A DNA stretch of 64,000 nucleotides from Raillietiella orientalis (GCA_036172245.1 JAYWIR010000077.1:186001-250000); one strand, 5' to 3'. Counted from the stretch's first letter, positions 41,460 through 55,439 are shown. Notes: generated from the letters alone by a model not told the origin. Numbers and translations: made by a program.

Positions 41460-44400
41460 GCAAATAAAAGTGCAGGTCTTCTCCGTCGCCACTGTCAATT
41501 GTGGTGAGTACCATCGTGAGGCTCAGAGATGCAGTACGAAAAAGCGGCAACGAATGATCATTTCAGGTTGGTGCTCGAGGCCTTGTAAGTGTTTCGCAGC
41601 CTTGTGCACGTTTGGAAGATCTCAGAGTGCCGTGCCAGCACCGTGGAATTGCAAGAAACCTCCATGGAGAGGCCACCGTTCAGCATAAATCCAAGGAAGG
41701 AGGGGATCAAAAAATTTGGTCTTCAGCCACGTTTCCGGCAAGCCACCCACTGGTGGAAGATGCAGGACATCCATCACTCTATTTCCTGCAATACTGCGGG
41801 GAGTAGCCTCCCCACAACTTCACGTAGCACCTGTTACAACGCTAAAAGGCTACACAACGCAGCCAATAGGCGATCCTTGGCTAACGTGCTCCATCCTTTC
41901 TTCCTCGTTCTTCTAACCGAGATACTTCATATCTGCATGCAAGATCGAGGAGATCGAGGACAAGACGAGCGAGGAGCTGTTCTAGCGGAGCAGTGCCAGG
42001 CCATCATGCAGCGTCATGTTTTTCTGATGCCGAGCTTGATGACTGTAATGCTCAGCGTTTGGTTCGACGAGGAAGGCTGGGTTTTCTCAAGTAGACCACG
42101 TCGCCACCAACGTAAAAGCGACAGAACTCGTTTCCCATCGTCGCTCCAGGCCAACACCATCTCGCAAGGACAGCAAGCAGCTGCTAGCGACGCGACTTGT
42201 GGCAGAGTATCCTTCACGAAGAGGCACTTTGCAACTTTTCTGAAGCTGCTCACTGGGATCCGGAAAAGCCTGGTATGCGGAAGTGATCAAGATGACTTAC
42301 AACAATACAACTGCCGAACTCTTGTCTGAAACCAGAAAGTGGTGAGGCAGGCGACTAGACTGCAATCACCAAGTTGGACGTCCCCAGAGGACTCTTCGAA
42401 AGCCAAAAGGACATTCCAATTTTTGAGCCCCATGAAGAGAACGACAACAGATTCCTTTATCCGGAGTTTCCTCTTAAGACAAGCAAAGCTCCGGAGAGGT
42501 GCACCTGTATCGGCAAGGGGCATCCTGATGAATCTGTTGTGAAGAGAAATTGGAATCAGAGGTTGTACGAAAGTTCCTTCGTTGACTCTTCTTTATACTC
42601 TGAGAAAGTAACAGCATTCTATCAGATGCACATCAAGGAAAACCCATGATAGTGACCCTCTGCTCTGTGAGTTAGTGCAAGACGGGCATGCGGTGAAGCT
42701 GACCATGCTTTGAACTGTGGCGTGCTGAAACTCACGTAAACAAATAAATGGCTTACTTGCTGCCTTGTTATTGTTTGTAATATTGCTATTTGAGCGATTG
42801 AGTATTAATTTGTCGCGTCGGAGGCTTTGTGGTTACGGTGGTCTCCGCGCTGGTACCATGCGTCGCGAATTCCAATACTCCGACAGAAATCGACTCAGTG
42901 AGTCGTGGGTTCGAATTTCTTCTGAAAGATGACGCTGGTTGGCCTACATTCATCCGGGTACGGCACCAGTAGCGGTTGAAACCGGATGCCCCCCGATCAG
43001 GACCGGAACAATGGGAGTCGACCTCCGGGTTCTTCCAGCAATCAAGGAATAGGGAGTTTCCCCTCCGGCTGTGCAAAGGAGAGGGACCCCTTTTGGGAGG
43101 GGAACCCTCTGTGGAGTAGGTGTGTCGCCACCTCTCTAGAGTTCAGAGAAGTGTGCTGCTCCCTTCGGGGAGCGTCCTTCTGAATTTCGGAAGGGTTCCT
43201 TTGGAGTTCCTTTCATAGGAAGGAGTGGTTCCCTTGAGGGTTCCCTCCAGAAAAGAAATTCCTACTAGCGGATCCTTTCCGGTTGCTTTAGGAGAAGAAA
43301 AATAGAGCGGATCCCTCTGGAAGTCCCTCCGGAGAGAATAAGGAAGGAGATTTCCTTCGGGGTTCCCCCTTGGAGACACACGAATTTCCATGGATTATGT
43401 CAAAAGCGCGTTCGCGGGACTTTTCAGAACGTGAAAGCCTAACCACTTGCATGCTTAACTGCGTCTGTTCCACGAGCTCTCACTGAGAATACAACAGAAT
43501 ATTTCAGCGTCGTTCCAAGGTAGCGGGATGACATCGATGCCAAAAGAAGGTGAACTGGAAGAGGTCTCCCAGTGAAGGCTTATCTCTGTCCAAAATTCAT
43601 ATGCCAAGTATTTGGCCAAAATTTGAGCGAATCTCTTAATCATGATCATGACAACGATGACTTCTCCAATGCAGCATCCGGGTGCTATGAAGACATGCTC
43701 AGCGCCTGGATGCCACATATGTGACAATGTGAAATGTGCCCAGGCTATCATCAGCAATAGCAGGAATGTAGGTGAAGACCTGGTAATGGTTTTCACAGAT
43801 ATGGAGAAGGTATTAGATACGATGGACTACAGGATGCTGCTGAATATATTGAGGAAACTGGACTTCCCAAATTCTTCAGCCAGTACTTTTAGAAGATACG
43901 CGAAGGTAAGTATTTCAAGACCCAAATCAATGGGCAAGATACAAACGCAATTCGGATGGAGAGAGGCATCCACCAAGGAGACGGTCTCAGTCCGACGTTG
44001 TTTGTGAACTAAATGGAGGCGGCGGCGTCGCTGACTGAAAGAGAGAGCCTTCTTCAAAGGGTTACCATTAATGATGACCGATTGACTCACCTAGTGCACA
44101 CAATCTTCTTGTCTTTCCGAAGGATGAAAGGGCATGCATTTTTGGATGTAGTTTAGATTTATGGAAATGGAAATGGACCTCGAGATCAACGCTCATTTTC
44201 GCTCATGGCAATTCTAAATCTCTCCACTCTTGCGGAGAAGGGGTTCAGTGATAGAACAGATAAAGTACCTGGGAATCCACATCGGCAATACCTTTGCTTC
44301 GCAGGTTCTGTAGAAGGAAATCCTAGGGAAAGAAAGAGAGGAAATAACACTTGAGTCGATTTCAGCATGAAGCAGTGGGCCAACCTGTAGAATGGCGTTC

Positions 44401-45300
44401 TACTTCCCAAGCGGACCCGTGGGTGAGGTTCAAGCTCTTGTGCAGCCCACGAGAAGACGATGGGACCAGAATGAAGTCTCTAGAACACTCTGTGGATTCA
44501 TAGACGCGCGAAAACTGGAACTCATCGAAGATTCGGATAAGTATCCCTTTACGGCTTAGAGAGCCTACCTCAGCCGCTGAAGAGATTGAATGCCTAATGT
44601 CAGACCTTATAGGCAAAACAGGAGATTGGGTGAATATCGGACCCACAAGAGAAAATAGACACTGGTGAGAATTCGCCAATTGCAAATAGTGACTCGAAGT
44701 AAAGAAATTGATGGAGAGGAACTGGATTTCGTAAATCCTTGTTTCGGTCTCGTTTCACGGACCGCATGGCAATGAATTCATCAAAGGATGACTATTCGGG
44801 ACTGTGAACAGTTCCCTACCGGTGTCAATTGCCAAAAAATGCGTCAGTTCCTCTACATTGAATCAGTGAAAGGAAGATTTACCCAGAAGAAACGCGAAAT
44901 GTGGAAGAACCAGCCCGTGGTATAGAATAACAAGGAAGAATGTCCGGGAATATATTTCTCACAAAGACAGGAGTAAAGATGTCCTCGCTACTGCTTCCAG
45001 CAGCTTCGGGATCCTACGTGTGCCGCATAGAGGTTGGAACCATTGTCTGGAGAAGAGTCCTGCCACCGGACACTCAAGACGACAAAACACGAATTCCTCG
45101 TGTTTTATCATGGAGCCATCCCGAATGGCTGGAGGATCAGACACTGGACTGACAACACTCAAAACGAGTTCTGCACGTTATGCAGGGACAAGGACAAGGG
45201 AATCCAGATCTACGTACTCACCTACCCAACTTGGCACTAAGGTAGGAAAGTCCGAGAGCCATAACAGGCCTGCAGACCAACACACGACTGGAAGTCCTGG
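41460..45300 (+). mobile_element. Degraded Tx1/L1-clade non-LTR retrotransposon (ORF2 relic), interrupted at about 42.7-43.4 kb
   Basis: RT motif FTDMEKVLDTMDYRMLLNILRKLDFP at about 43792-43870, KYLGIH at about 44262, and C-terminal FYHGAIPNGWRIRHW...FCTLC at about 45100-45185. Colinear similarity to the copy at 60.6-61.5 kb. The 5' boundary (SVATVNCG, endonuclease-like start) is uncertain. Confidence 0.72.
43010..43382. repeat. Second copy of the palindromic minisatellite family
   Basis: GGATCCTTTCCGG and CCTCCGGAGAGAATAAGGAA...GGAGACA align with 8030-8160. Confidence 0.75.
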
Positions 45301-48300
45301 AGGGAATGTTCGAAAGTGACGGTGGAGTTGCCCGCTACAGTCCCAAGGTGAGAAAGATGATTACTCTCTACATCACCAGCATCGTGATAAGAATGGCCAA
45401 ACTGATTCGAGAAGTACGTCATCCATATAAATTCTAAAGGAGATTGGAAACGGAGGGATATCCTCCTCTAAGTACTGATACATCTTGAATATAGACGATA
45501 ATGCCCAAGTGCATGGAACATCCGAGAACCCCAGGTGCAACCCAAAAGAGGAAATCTACAAATAGCTAAACATTGGAAAGGAAGTGTAGTGTTGTGAAAA
45601 TAACGACATGTACCAGTTAAAAATTCATCTGTTTGTCCAACTGGTGTTTTGTAAGTTGTATTTATGAATGAATTCACCCCACCACTTGTCAGACCTGTGG
45701 AAGATAAAAACCCCTGTTATGAATGTTGGTCCTCATTTGAAGAATAAAACCCATAATTGGTTTCGCAGATAACAGTTGCTAGAACAGACTAGGTTGAAAC
45801 CAGTGTAGAATGTTTTTGTGTGAGATATAATGATATGAGGACAAAATGATGGTAGGTTGACAAAAACAAAAAGTATCGTCAGTTTTAGACGGAAATGGAG
45901 GAGTTATCCTTTGATGCCATTAAGTAATCGTTCGCTCGTCATTGTGCCAACGGGATCTAGTTTAGGCTTCAAAGTAAGATTTCAACTGAGACTGGAGATG
46001 GGAAAGGAAAGAGACACCGATAAAGGGGTTGGAAAGAAGTTAAGTTATGTGTAGCTGGAAAAATAGCACACTAATACTAATATTGAGATTTTTCCATATT
46101 TATGCTGAAATTGGCATAAACTTTCAAATAACAGAATATTGCTTGTGGAGGTAACAAATATGATTCTGAAATGAGTAACTGATAGTTTACAAATGGGTCT
46201 GCAAAGACTCCTCTGCTAAAAGTATAACAAGAAAGCCTCGTAAAGCATCACAAATCCTTAATGGCTTCTATAGTTATTAAAAGGTTAATGCTTAGTAAGT
46301 ATTTTTTTAATTTTGTTTGATGAGCAAAGCATCGAAGATATTCAAATACTATAATGAACTAAAAATACCTCCACAAAATACAGGCAGACAACTGTGCCAG
46401 TATTTGTAGGGTGTGGTGATCCGATGGTGAATAGAGAAGCTCCTAATTTAACCATTCTCCGATAATTACAGTCGTGTAAATATTTAGAAAATATGCAGTG
46501 AACCATTGTTATAAAAGTAACAGGGTATGAGTGCTAACAAGCGTGAATGCAAAACTTAAAAGCTTGAAAATATCACTGTTGAATTTACAGATCAGTCTGG
46601 GATGGTTAATCAAAAGAATTAAATTACATGAATAATGTATAAATGATAATTCTACAAATTACAAGTTATGAACTGATAATCCAGTTTAATAGATACTTTA
46701 AAAGCTTATGAGTTTGATGAAAATCCATGATTTGGGAGATGTGAAGAGATGAGTTTGACATTGGACTAAAGAGAATGCGTAGATACTGATGGAGATGGAG
46801 AATGAAACAGCAATTGAGATTCAGCCAGTTGCATTTAGAACAGAAGAGCAGATTGTTGTACCTTGTAATCATGGCTAGAGGCTTATGGAGGATGAAACCA
46901 TACAGTGTGGCTGTGGAATTTCGTTATGGATAGTATACCATGCAGTACACTTCAGTGCAACCAAATATTAAATGTACTTGAAGTTCAGTGTACTGATCTG
47001 TCCTATCAAAACAATGACATGAGTTCTCAAGATGAGCAGATGAAAAAACGTTTGTGCACCTATTTTATTGAATCCAGGATGGATGTTATCAGGGGGGGAT
47101 TTCTTGATAAGCCTACACACTAATGTTAGAATTATAAGATTAAGACTTTATTTTATTTTTTTGAAAATTTGCCTCTACTTTCAGGATACAGCTAATCAAA
47201 GTAGCAGCTTTGCATTAATTACCGAATCTTTAATGTAATAAGGAAAAAATGCCACAAAGACTTTATGAAGAGCATGCCCCTCACAAAATGTAAGAGTGAA
47301 AGTAAAACTGTAAAGAATCAACACCACCACCACTAATCCACATCATATGAAAAGCAATATAAATGAATTCTGACATAGCAAAGTATCAGTGGATGTGGAA
47401 AATATCTCAGAATGAACTCTAGGATGATATCAATGGTCTCCCAACTGTGATTTAAGAAATTGAGCTTAGATTTCAATACAACAGTCTTTAGTATGAGACT
47501 CAGAAGACATCTTGATTTCAACAGACAATTATGATGGCTAGGCCCATATGCATTCTTCTGGTAAATGCATGGCAAGAAGCTCAGATGCCTCTATGTTTAG
47601 TATTTTTTTTCTTACCTAGTAACATATGATAGATATACATTTAGATTGCTGATCAATTAATCAAAGATGTCGCTGGAATTTCTTGCTCTAGATTTTCTTG
47701 TCCTCCTAGAACTAGAGGACGTAAAATAGCTGTAAACGTGTTAAGTATATGTCACACCATTTCATCTTTCCCTTCAATAATTATTAGCTGCAATTTTTAA
47801 ACTGGAAAAATACATTCATATTCGAATAATACGAACATTTCATAGGAGTATGCGAACATGCAACGTTTGCAGACTGTTCATATTTCAGAGTTACAAAAAG
47901 ATGCTCCTTAAGGTCTCAGACTGTTCAGATTACATTCAAGTTCATCCGATTCACACTTTCTTACACTACTTCCGAAATAAGGAAACGGGTAATCTTTCAA
48001 CAGCGCAAGGTGACCGATGCATTTTCTTGGGAAGTGCAAATTAACAAAAAAGGCTGGCACCATTTTCTAAGTATCTAATGGCTTAAGACATTTCAATGTT
48101 AACAAGGTATACAGCACAGCAGGTACTCGGATAGAATTCTATTCGTCGTTTCCACTCGCAATAGCATATACGCGATTGACTAGTCCAGCTTGGTTTGTCA
48201 ACCCAAAACAGGAGCTTCTACAGCTGGTCAAGCGCGGATACAAGAGAAACAAAATCGTGTTTTGTGAATAATTTCCTTTTTTACAAGGCATCTTGAAAAA

Positions 48301-51300
48301 TCAAATCAATCAGACGCATTAATGCAAAGCAGAAGGCGACTCTTTAAGATGTAAATGACAATCTTGTTAAATCTTTTACTTGAACAAAAAGACTTCATCA
48401 TGTTTCCAGTGCCAATAGTACAGCTTTAAAGGCATAAGAATATGAAATCTAAAACCCGTTGCTTACTTATCCTTTTCTTAAGAATTTTAATCTTACTGCC
48501 GAAAAACAGCACTTCCATTTGAGGTATACAGTGACTCTTCATTGAGAAGGATTATTACTACATCAGGGAAAGAACAGCGCTGCAGAAACAGAATTATGGT
48601 TCTTACTAGTAAGTCACATAGGAATCAAAGTTTCACCAACGATAATACGTTTCATGCCTCAAAGAATCGAGTTTTCACTATGATTATTTTATATTTACAT
48701 GTACCAGAGCAACCAGGATGGCACAGCCACTTGGCAGGAAAGATTCTCTGCTAGAAAGAAACGATTACGCTAAATATTTAAAAATGTAAAAGGAATGAAA
48801 GAAATCGGTGAATACTGGGAATTCATGGCACCACTTTGTAACTTCATTCATGAGTGAATTCTCACAAGAGATGACCTGAATCCTTAGCTCACAGGTTGTA
48901 TTACCTCTTGTTCCAACCAAATTGTTTACTGCATGCTTTTCCAAACTTTTATCAACCCTCTATGTTGGCAAGGAATGCCTTAAAGATTCAATTCTAAAAA
49001 TCTAAAAATTTTCTTGTGAGCAGGAACTGCAAAAAATCGATTATTTTCTCCGGAAATTTCATAATTTATTCATTTATTCAATGATGTTGCAATCCTTAAC
49101 AATTTAGTCTTCATATGAACCTTCCTTTTTCAAACGGAGCTTCTTACAATAAGTCACATTTAATGTGTCCTAATCTTACCATCGACTTAACCATCTCTTC
49201 CACAAGGCAGCAATTCCAAACTAAACTCACCTTTTAAATTAAACTACGTGTAAAAAAGCAACTTCTAATGAGGATGAGACGATATGAATGGGGATAGAAA
49301 TGACTGAGATGGAATTTGCATTCATATTAAATGCAATGCTTCTAATAAGAAATGGAAGCCAAATAAAAGTTATCTCCCAATCTCTCATGGGTATGCCTGA
49401 GATTTCAATTCTGACAAATTCAATGGCAGTTTTCTTCCATATTCGCGGATGTTCAATTTCATTTTTTAAAAAGTTTCTTATAATCGTAAATCAAATAATA
49501 AACAGAAGCAAAGGAATATTTAAAAAACATTAAATGCAAGAAATTCTTTGAAATAATTTGGGAATTTCATTTCCTTCTTTTTTTTTTGCATCATGTATGG
49601 AAGGATTCGTGATAAATTTGAACTGAATTATATATTCATCTAGAAAACTGTTACTGGCATTGACAGTTTGTTATTTATCCGCAAAAAAGGTCTGGTTGTA
49701 AAGTATGATAGTGAAAATCGGAAATTGAGCATTGCGAAGCAATGTTTGTATACAAAAAGTAAACCAGAATTCCATTGTTTGGGTGCTCCACTAGAAATGA
49801 AGACAATTTGACATTTTTCTGAGATCCCATTTTCTTAAATATATCCGATTTTCTCATTCAAAACAGAAGTTGGGTTCAGAATGCATGAGAAAATAAACTT
49901 CCAGAAAAATGGACCATGTCTTTAAAAATGTTTAGCTATGTCTAGTATTTGTTTCACGAAATTAAACGTTTCTGTATGAAGATGAGCAAATAGGTAGCAA
50001 AGCAATCTCATTTTGCTCGATTTTAAAAAAAAAACATTTTAATGATCTTCATATGTATTTAATCCAGTGTTAGTATTCAAGTATCTATTAAAGATGAATG
50101 TTTATATAATTTTTTAAATATCCTACTTGTATTAAAGGTATTTCCAATAAATAGAAGCTTCTCAAATAAGATCCAGTTTGAGTGAGGAGGGTATATTCTG
50201 AATGTCTGTGCATCACCTGAGTTTGAATTGCCAACTGAAGTTTCGTCATTAAAGAGAAGTAATTTTGAGCTTTTTACTGCATTTGTTGCAGACAAATAGT
50301 TCTCTAAAATTAATGGAAAATTCCTGCCATCATTAATTTGAAAGTAAACTTCCGATGTCGGATGAAATTTACCTGCTTTGTGTAGCCCGAAAGGATATGG
50401 AACAGGAAATTTGGTATTATTCGTGGTAGATCATTGCCTAACTCATAAGTGCTGGTTATGAACATGAATTCATGGTCTTTATGATAGCGGCTTAAAGGGG
50501 AGAACAGTAGTGGAAGTCCTAATCTCCTTGACGAACGCAGGTACTATTAAGCTGATCTGCTAGCCAATATCCATCGTCTCCTCTCTTATGAACTGGCAAG
50601 ACTGAGTTCCTATTGTTATTCGTTAGCAGTCATCAACATACGCCTCGGCGTAATCATCGACGATGAATATAGGCGCTTCAGACACCATCGCTAAATCCGT
50701 TGATCATAATTGCTGTGTGCACCACAAGGACATCAGTGAAATCTTACCGGCTTTACAACGAATACTGTGTATCCGAAGAAAATCTAAAAACGGATGCTGA
50801 AAACTTTCATTGAACTCTTAGCTGAAAAAGCGCAAATCAAACACCCTAGCACCTTGTTTGCTGTAGGTGGAAAGTAAAATGCTTTTTGTGGAACACAGCT
50901 AGCTCATAAATTATCACACAGATTTCACATTGCCAAGCATATCAGTGGTTCTTCATGCAAGCAGTCATGTTTCCTAGTTACGCATCAGCCATGGTGGACC
51001 GGAAGTGCTAATATGCGAACGATTTCTATGTTCCGAAAACATATCCAATTAATTTAACAGAATCTGTGTACATTGCGAAGCTAATGTATCCAGCTAAGAC
51101 ATAGGAAGTGCTCTAAATCTGATTAAGATTAAGGTTCGCTAAAGATATAAGATTGCTTTGTTAAGAGTGAGATTTAACTTCATAATAGGTTTCCATAATA
51201 GAATTCCAGTGTGCGTATTTCCCTTTTTCTGATTCCCCCAAAACATGCCCCAGAACAAAATAGTCCTTATAACCACTAGCAGCCATGAAATAATCATTAT

Positions 51301-52405
51301 CAAAGAAACCTTCGTGGAGGAAACTAGAACAAGTCTTCAGATCAACTATCAATCCTTTGTTTTCTATCTCCGGAAAACCGGCTTCATGTGGAAGTCGTGT
51401 TTCAAAGGCATCGCTGAATATCACCAGGATTAGGCTTTCTGTCTGCATATGGAATGCTAAAATCAATGAATGGGAAATAAGACGCTAAAGTGTTAATTAG
51501 AACTTCGTTATTTGATAGACTATCTCCAACTGAACTTGTTTGGAGGCGCATCCCACCATCACTGATCTGCGAAATGGCACTCCAGATTCATTCTGTAGTG
51601 GATGCATTCAGCGGAGCTTTAAAATATTTCGCGTGCTATTCTGTCACCTCAACGAACATGCATTCACACCAGCATTATCAGCATGCGCTTGAGATGCAGT
51701 GCATTCATGATTTGCTCTTTGAAATTAGAAATAAATAAATCTGTCACGAGTACTGTCTTACAAGAACTTTGTATACACTTGGCAGCACCATGAGGAGCGG
51801 AATTGTACAGAACTTTCGTTTTCGATCTACCACCTCATGGAAAAGGTTCCATGTGCCGTTCCCTCAAAATTGTAGAAGAAATTAGACGTTTCATGACAAA
51901 AAAATATAGGAAAAGAAAGTCTGGAGTCAACAAAGTCAGTAGCTAAGTGTAATGGTTATTTCTTGTTTTCATGCCTAATTTAACGGATTTTCTGCACATA
52001 TACAAAGTTTCGAAGAGATTTCGTTTCTCTTGAATGTATAAGATGCTGTTGAGGTGAAATATTGAAAGAGAGAGGAAACATGACGATCATACTTGCAGTG
52101 CAGTGATTTTTGCATTATAAGAATAAAAGTGACCTGGAGTGAATCTTGATAATAAAAAGCATGTTGGAATCAGAAAAGAAAAATAGTCTTTGCAGTTGAT
52201 TTTAATGCTTTAATTTGAAATTCAATTTAAAACTTACCGGAGAAAAAAGAAATACATTGTAAACTGTAATCTTTTAATTTTTGGTTCCACTGGGCGATTT
52301 TTTTTTGTCTATTTTCATCATTAGACTTTCAGACACCAATTTTTCTAAATTCGGATTACTTAATGGATTTGCTTAGAAGCTAATAGCTGATTGGTCAATT
52401 TAATC

Positions 52406-53328
52406 CTAGTCCATGGGGACAGAAAAAAGAGCATTTGGGTAACTAAAATTTTCATTAGTCTCTTCATTCCAGGTGTAATAATGGTTCTGGCAATCCTGAT
52501 CAACTCGCTGTTGGTCAGGAAAATCTTGATCTGGAAAACTAAGACTTTGGTAAGGATAATATTGCTCCTCAAGCATATTCTTTTGTTTGTGTACCACTGG
52601 GCTCTGGCAATTTATATCCTCCAATTCCAGGAATCTACTTGCCGAGATTGACTTTTCCTTTTGTGTTCTTATTTCTTCTTTTTTTTTCTTCATACGTCTA
52701 TTCTGGAACCACACTTTGACTTGCCTTTCTGTAAGGCATAGAGTCTCTGCTAACAAAGTCCGACTGCCTTTGCAGATATAACGGCTATTCCTAAATTCAT
52801 TCTCAAGGAGTGAGGCCTGATACTTTGTATACGTGGTCCTCGACCTTTTCCTGGCAACATTTTCTGAAAAGCAAGAAATTCCCATTAGAAACCGGCTATA
52901 AATTTCTACGATTTTTGCTTGAATCAAATTCGCCGAAAGCACGAGCCATTGCTTGCTTTTAACGAACATAAACGAAAAGATAGGAACGAAAAGCTTTGGA
53001 GATAAATTAGCTGAGCTCATCTCTAATTTTCATTCTAAATAGATAGTAAATGTCGATACTAAGTATGAATTTGGTAGGTCACAGCTTACAACTGTCATTT
53101 TTATGAAAGGTCACCTGAGCGGCATCTGTGATGCGTCGACTTTACAGGCGTGAGAGGGTTACGTGATTTTTGGATTGGTTCTTCAGTCTTGGAAGCCGTC
53201 AGCAACCAAAACAAGTTTTCTTTTTGATGAATCGGAGTCGCGGGTTTAGGGTTAATACAATTCGTCACCACCGCGGATGGCACGTTGGTATCTCCATACA
53301 CTAAGGGAATGAAGTCATTATATGCCAT
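52406..53328 (-). CDS. Divergent ANTP-class Hox-derived homeobox protein (ftz or zen/Hox3-like), 2 exons: 53328-53115, 52863-52406; 223 aa
   Basis: Homeodomain at 52852-52673: [60 protein letters not shown], with WFQNRR and Q50. Phase-1 intron (TCAG|gtgacc ... ttgcttttcag|AA) lies just upstream of the homeobox, as in Hox genes. Both exons are open. Confidence 0.88.
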
Positions 53329-55439
53329 GGAAAATCCTGTGGAAATGGCTACAGAAACTTGACAGACGCTATCATTCCATCACATTCTATCACAGCCATT
53401 ACGAATCTTTTTGTTGTGTACGGCACATACAACCATGACCAATTCTTTACTCCACGAAAAATTCATTCCGTCAATACATCATTTTGCGAATGGTACACCG
53501 GGCAAAGTCGAGGATAGTAGTGTTTAGAAGGTGAAATCTCTGCAAGCAATCGAGAGAGTGAGATCTATCAACTCGTTCCATGGAGCATTCCCATAGAGGT
53601 GGATTAGAGAAAGCGTACTCTCGTTTGTATTCATTAATGTTATTCTGCAAGAATTCATTGCTTAAAGACACTGCTATGGCAAAATAACTGAAGTCCAACA
53701 TCTTCACTTTCGATATTTTCCTTTTAACAAACGTTCAAGCATCTCACAGGGGAATGCGTTTCCATATTGCAGAAGTACCTTGTGTGCCCCGTACCGAGAT
53801 ATCATCGTGAATATTATTTACATAAATATCTACGCTGAAGCTTTCAGAAAGAAAATATGAAAAACTGATGGAACGAAGATCATTAAATTTACTGCACGTT
53901 GTACAGATTCAATTGTAAAATGAGTCAGAAAAGACTAAACTTCAAGTTGTCAAAAGCAAGTTCCCGTAAGATTGCAATTCGGTAACTTTTAGGCCGAGTA
54001 TTCAAATTCGCAATAACTGAAGAAAATGCATGACGGAACTCCCGTGGACATAGACAAGGTCGGGGGGCTTTCGAAAGATTTGCTACCCTGGAAAAATCTA
54101 TGCTCTTTCTAAGAGCCTCTTTTTCCTCACTCAGTGAACAAACTACACTATCTACAAACAAAACTGGTTATGGATAGCATGTAGGCATCTCATGTTACTC
54201 TAAATAGATCGAGTTACCTTGCTCGCAAAAGGAGACTTCTGGATTGCAGACATTGTACGTTGGATTAGTCGGTTGTAGGACATCCGTAAACTGCCCTGCA
54301 TAGCAAAAGCTACTGTTGTCGGTGGAAGGAAAAACTTCTTGAGGAACTCCATACATTTTGCGAATTCAGATTAAATCTTGACACTCCAGCAGCAACAAAT
54401 GACTCACAACCTCTAGCACATTACACAGCTATTAAGACGCTTTTAGAGATCAAAAACCTTAGCAGCAGCTAGTCAACTCTAATATGGCGATCTTTTTGCC
54501 TTAGGCGTTCTAGGTTAATAACTTCTTTTGCAGATCCGAACCAATTTCAGATCAGGGTTAGAAAATTGATTGGTCAAAGGAGGTCAAATCATTACTTTGA
54601 AGGTCGTCGTGTATAATGTGGCATGAAAGAATTTCAAGGATGACTCATTGCTTCGCATGAATGAATACCTAAGTGAGAAATTCAATGGGGAAGGTTTGGT
54701 AGGGAAGCGTGTTTCAGCTTTCGTATGCTCTGGTCGCTTTATCCAAGTATTTTGACTCAAACAGTGAACGAAGAAACCATAAAAAGAGTCTGAATTGGAT
54801 ACAAATCCATTCAAAGGGTAAAACGAAAAACTACGATAAAGGAAACTTGGGCATTACTGGAAGCTAATGAAGAGTGGAAAAAAAAAATCAGTGACACTTA
54901 CACAACAAATTTCTGGAAAAAGAAAATATTTATGTAATGTGACGTCCAGTAGGACAAATTGTAAAGGAATGTGGACTTCTGGACTGAAAAATCAGATGGA
55001 ACCACTACAAATCCCCAGGAATTAAAAAAGAACGAAACATCATTTCAAGTCAAATCAGATCAACCATAGTGAATCAAATCAGAATAATTGTGTTCATTCA
55101 TACAAACTATTTAATTTTCATGAAGCTTCATTACTTAATGGTTGGGACAACTAAGCCAACGAAAAACGATCCAATGAGGTTCATGATTTAATAACGAGTA
55201 TGAAGTTCAAAATGAAACTGTAAGCTCTACAGTTTCATTAACTCTCTTGCTATCAAAAAAAAAAAAAAAAACTTATTAAATCTTTAATTCGGGAATTTAT
55301 CTGCAAGTTTTCGCTGATGCGTGTCAATTTCAAAAGGGAATCCGATCTGAGGTGCATTTTCGGTCAAAAAAGATAGCGTCCTGAGAATTTGACACCCCTG
55401 CAAGAAGGTGGGTGCATGAAGCGAATCCACAGATCAAGA

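Noticed and set aside
41589..42329. 246-aa plus-strand ORF as a host gene
   Set aside because: It lies in the degraded LINE region and has no coherent domain.
52864..53020. N-terminal 52 aa of the 204-aa homeobox ORF
   Set aside because: Read-through into the intron; a good acceptor at 52864 joins the upstream exon in phase.
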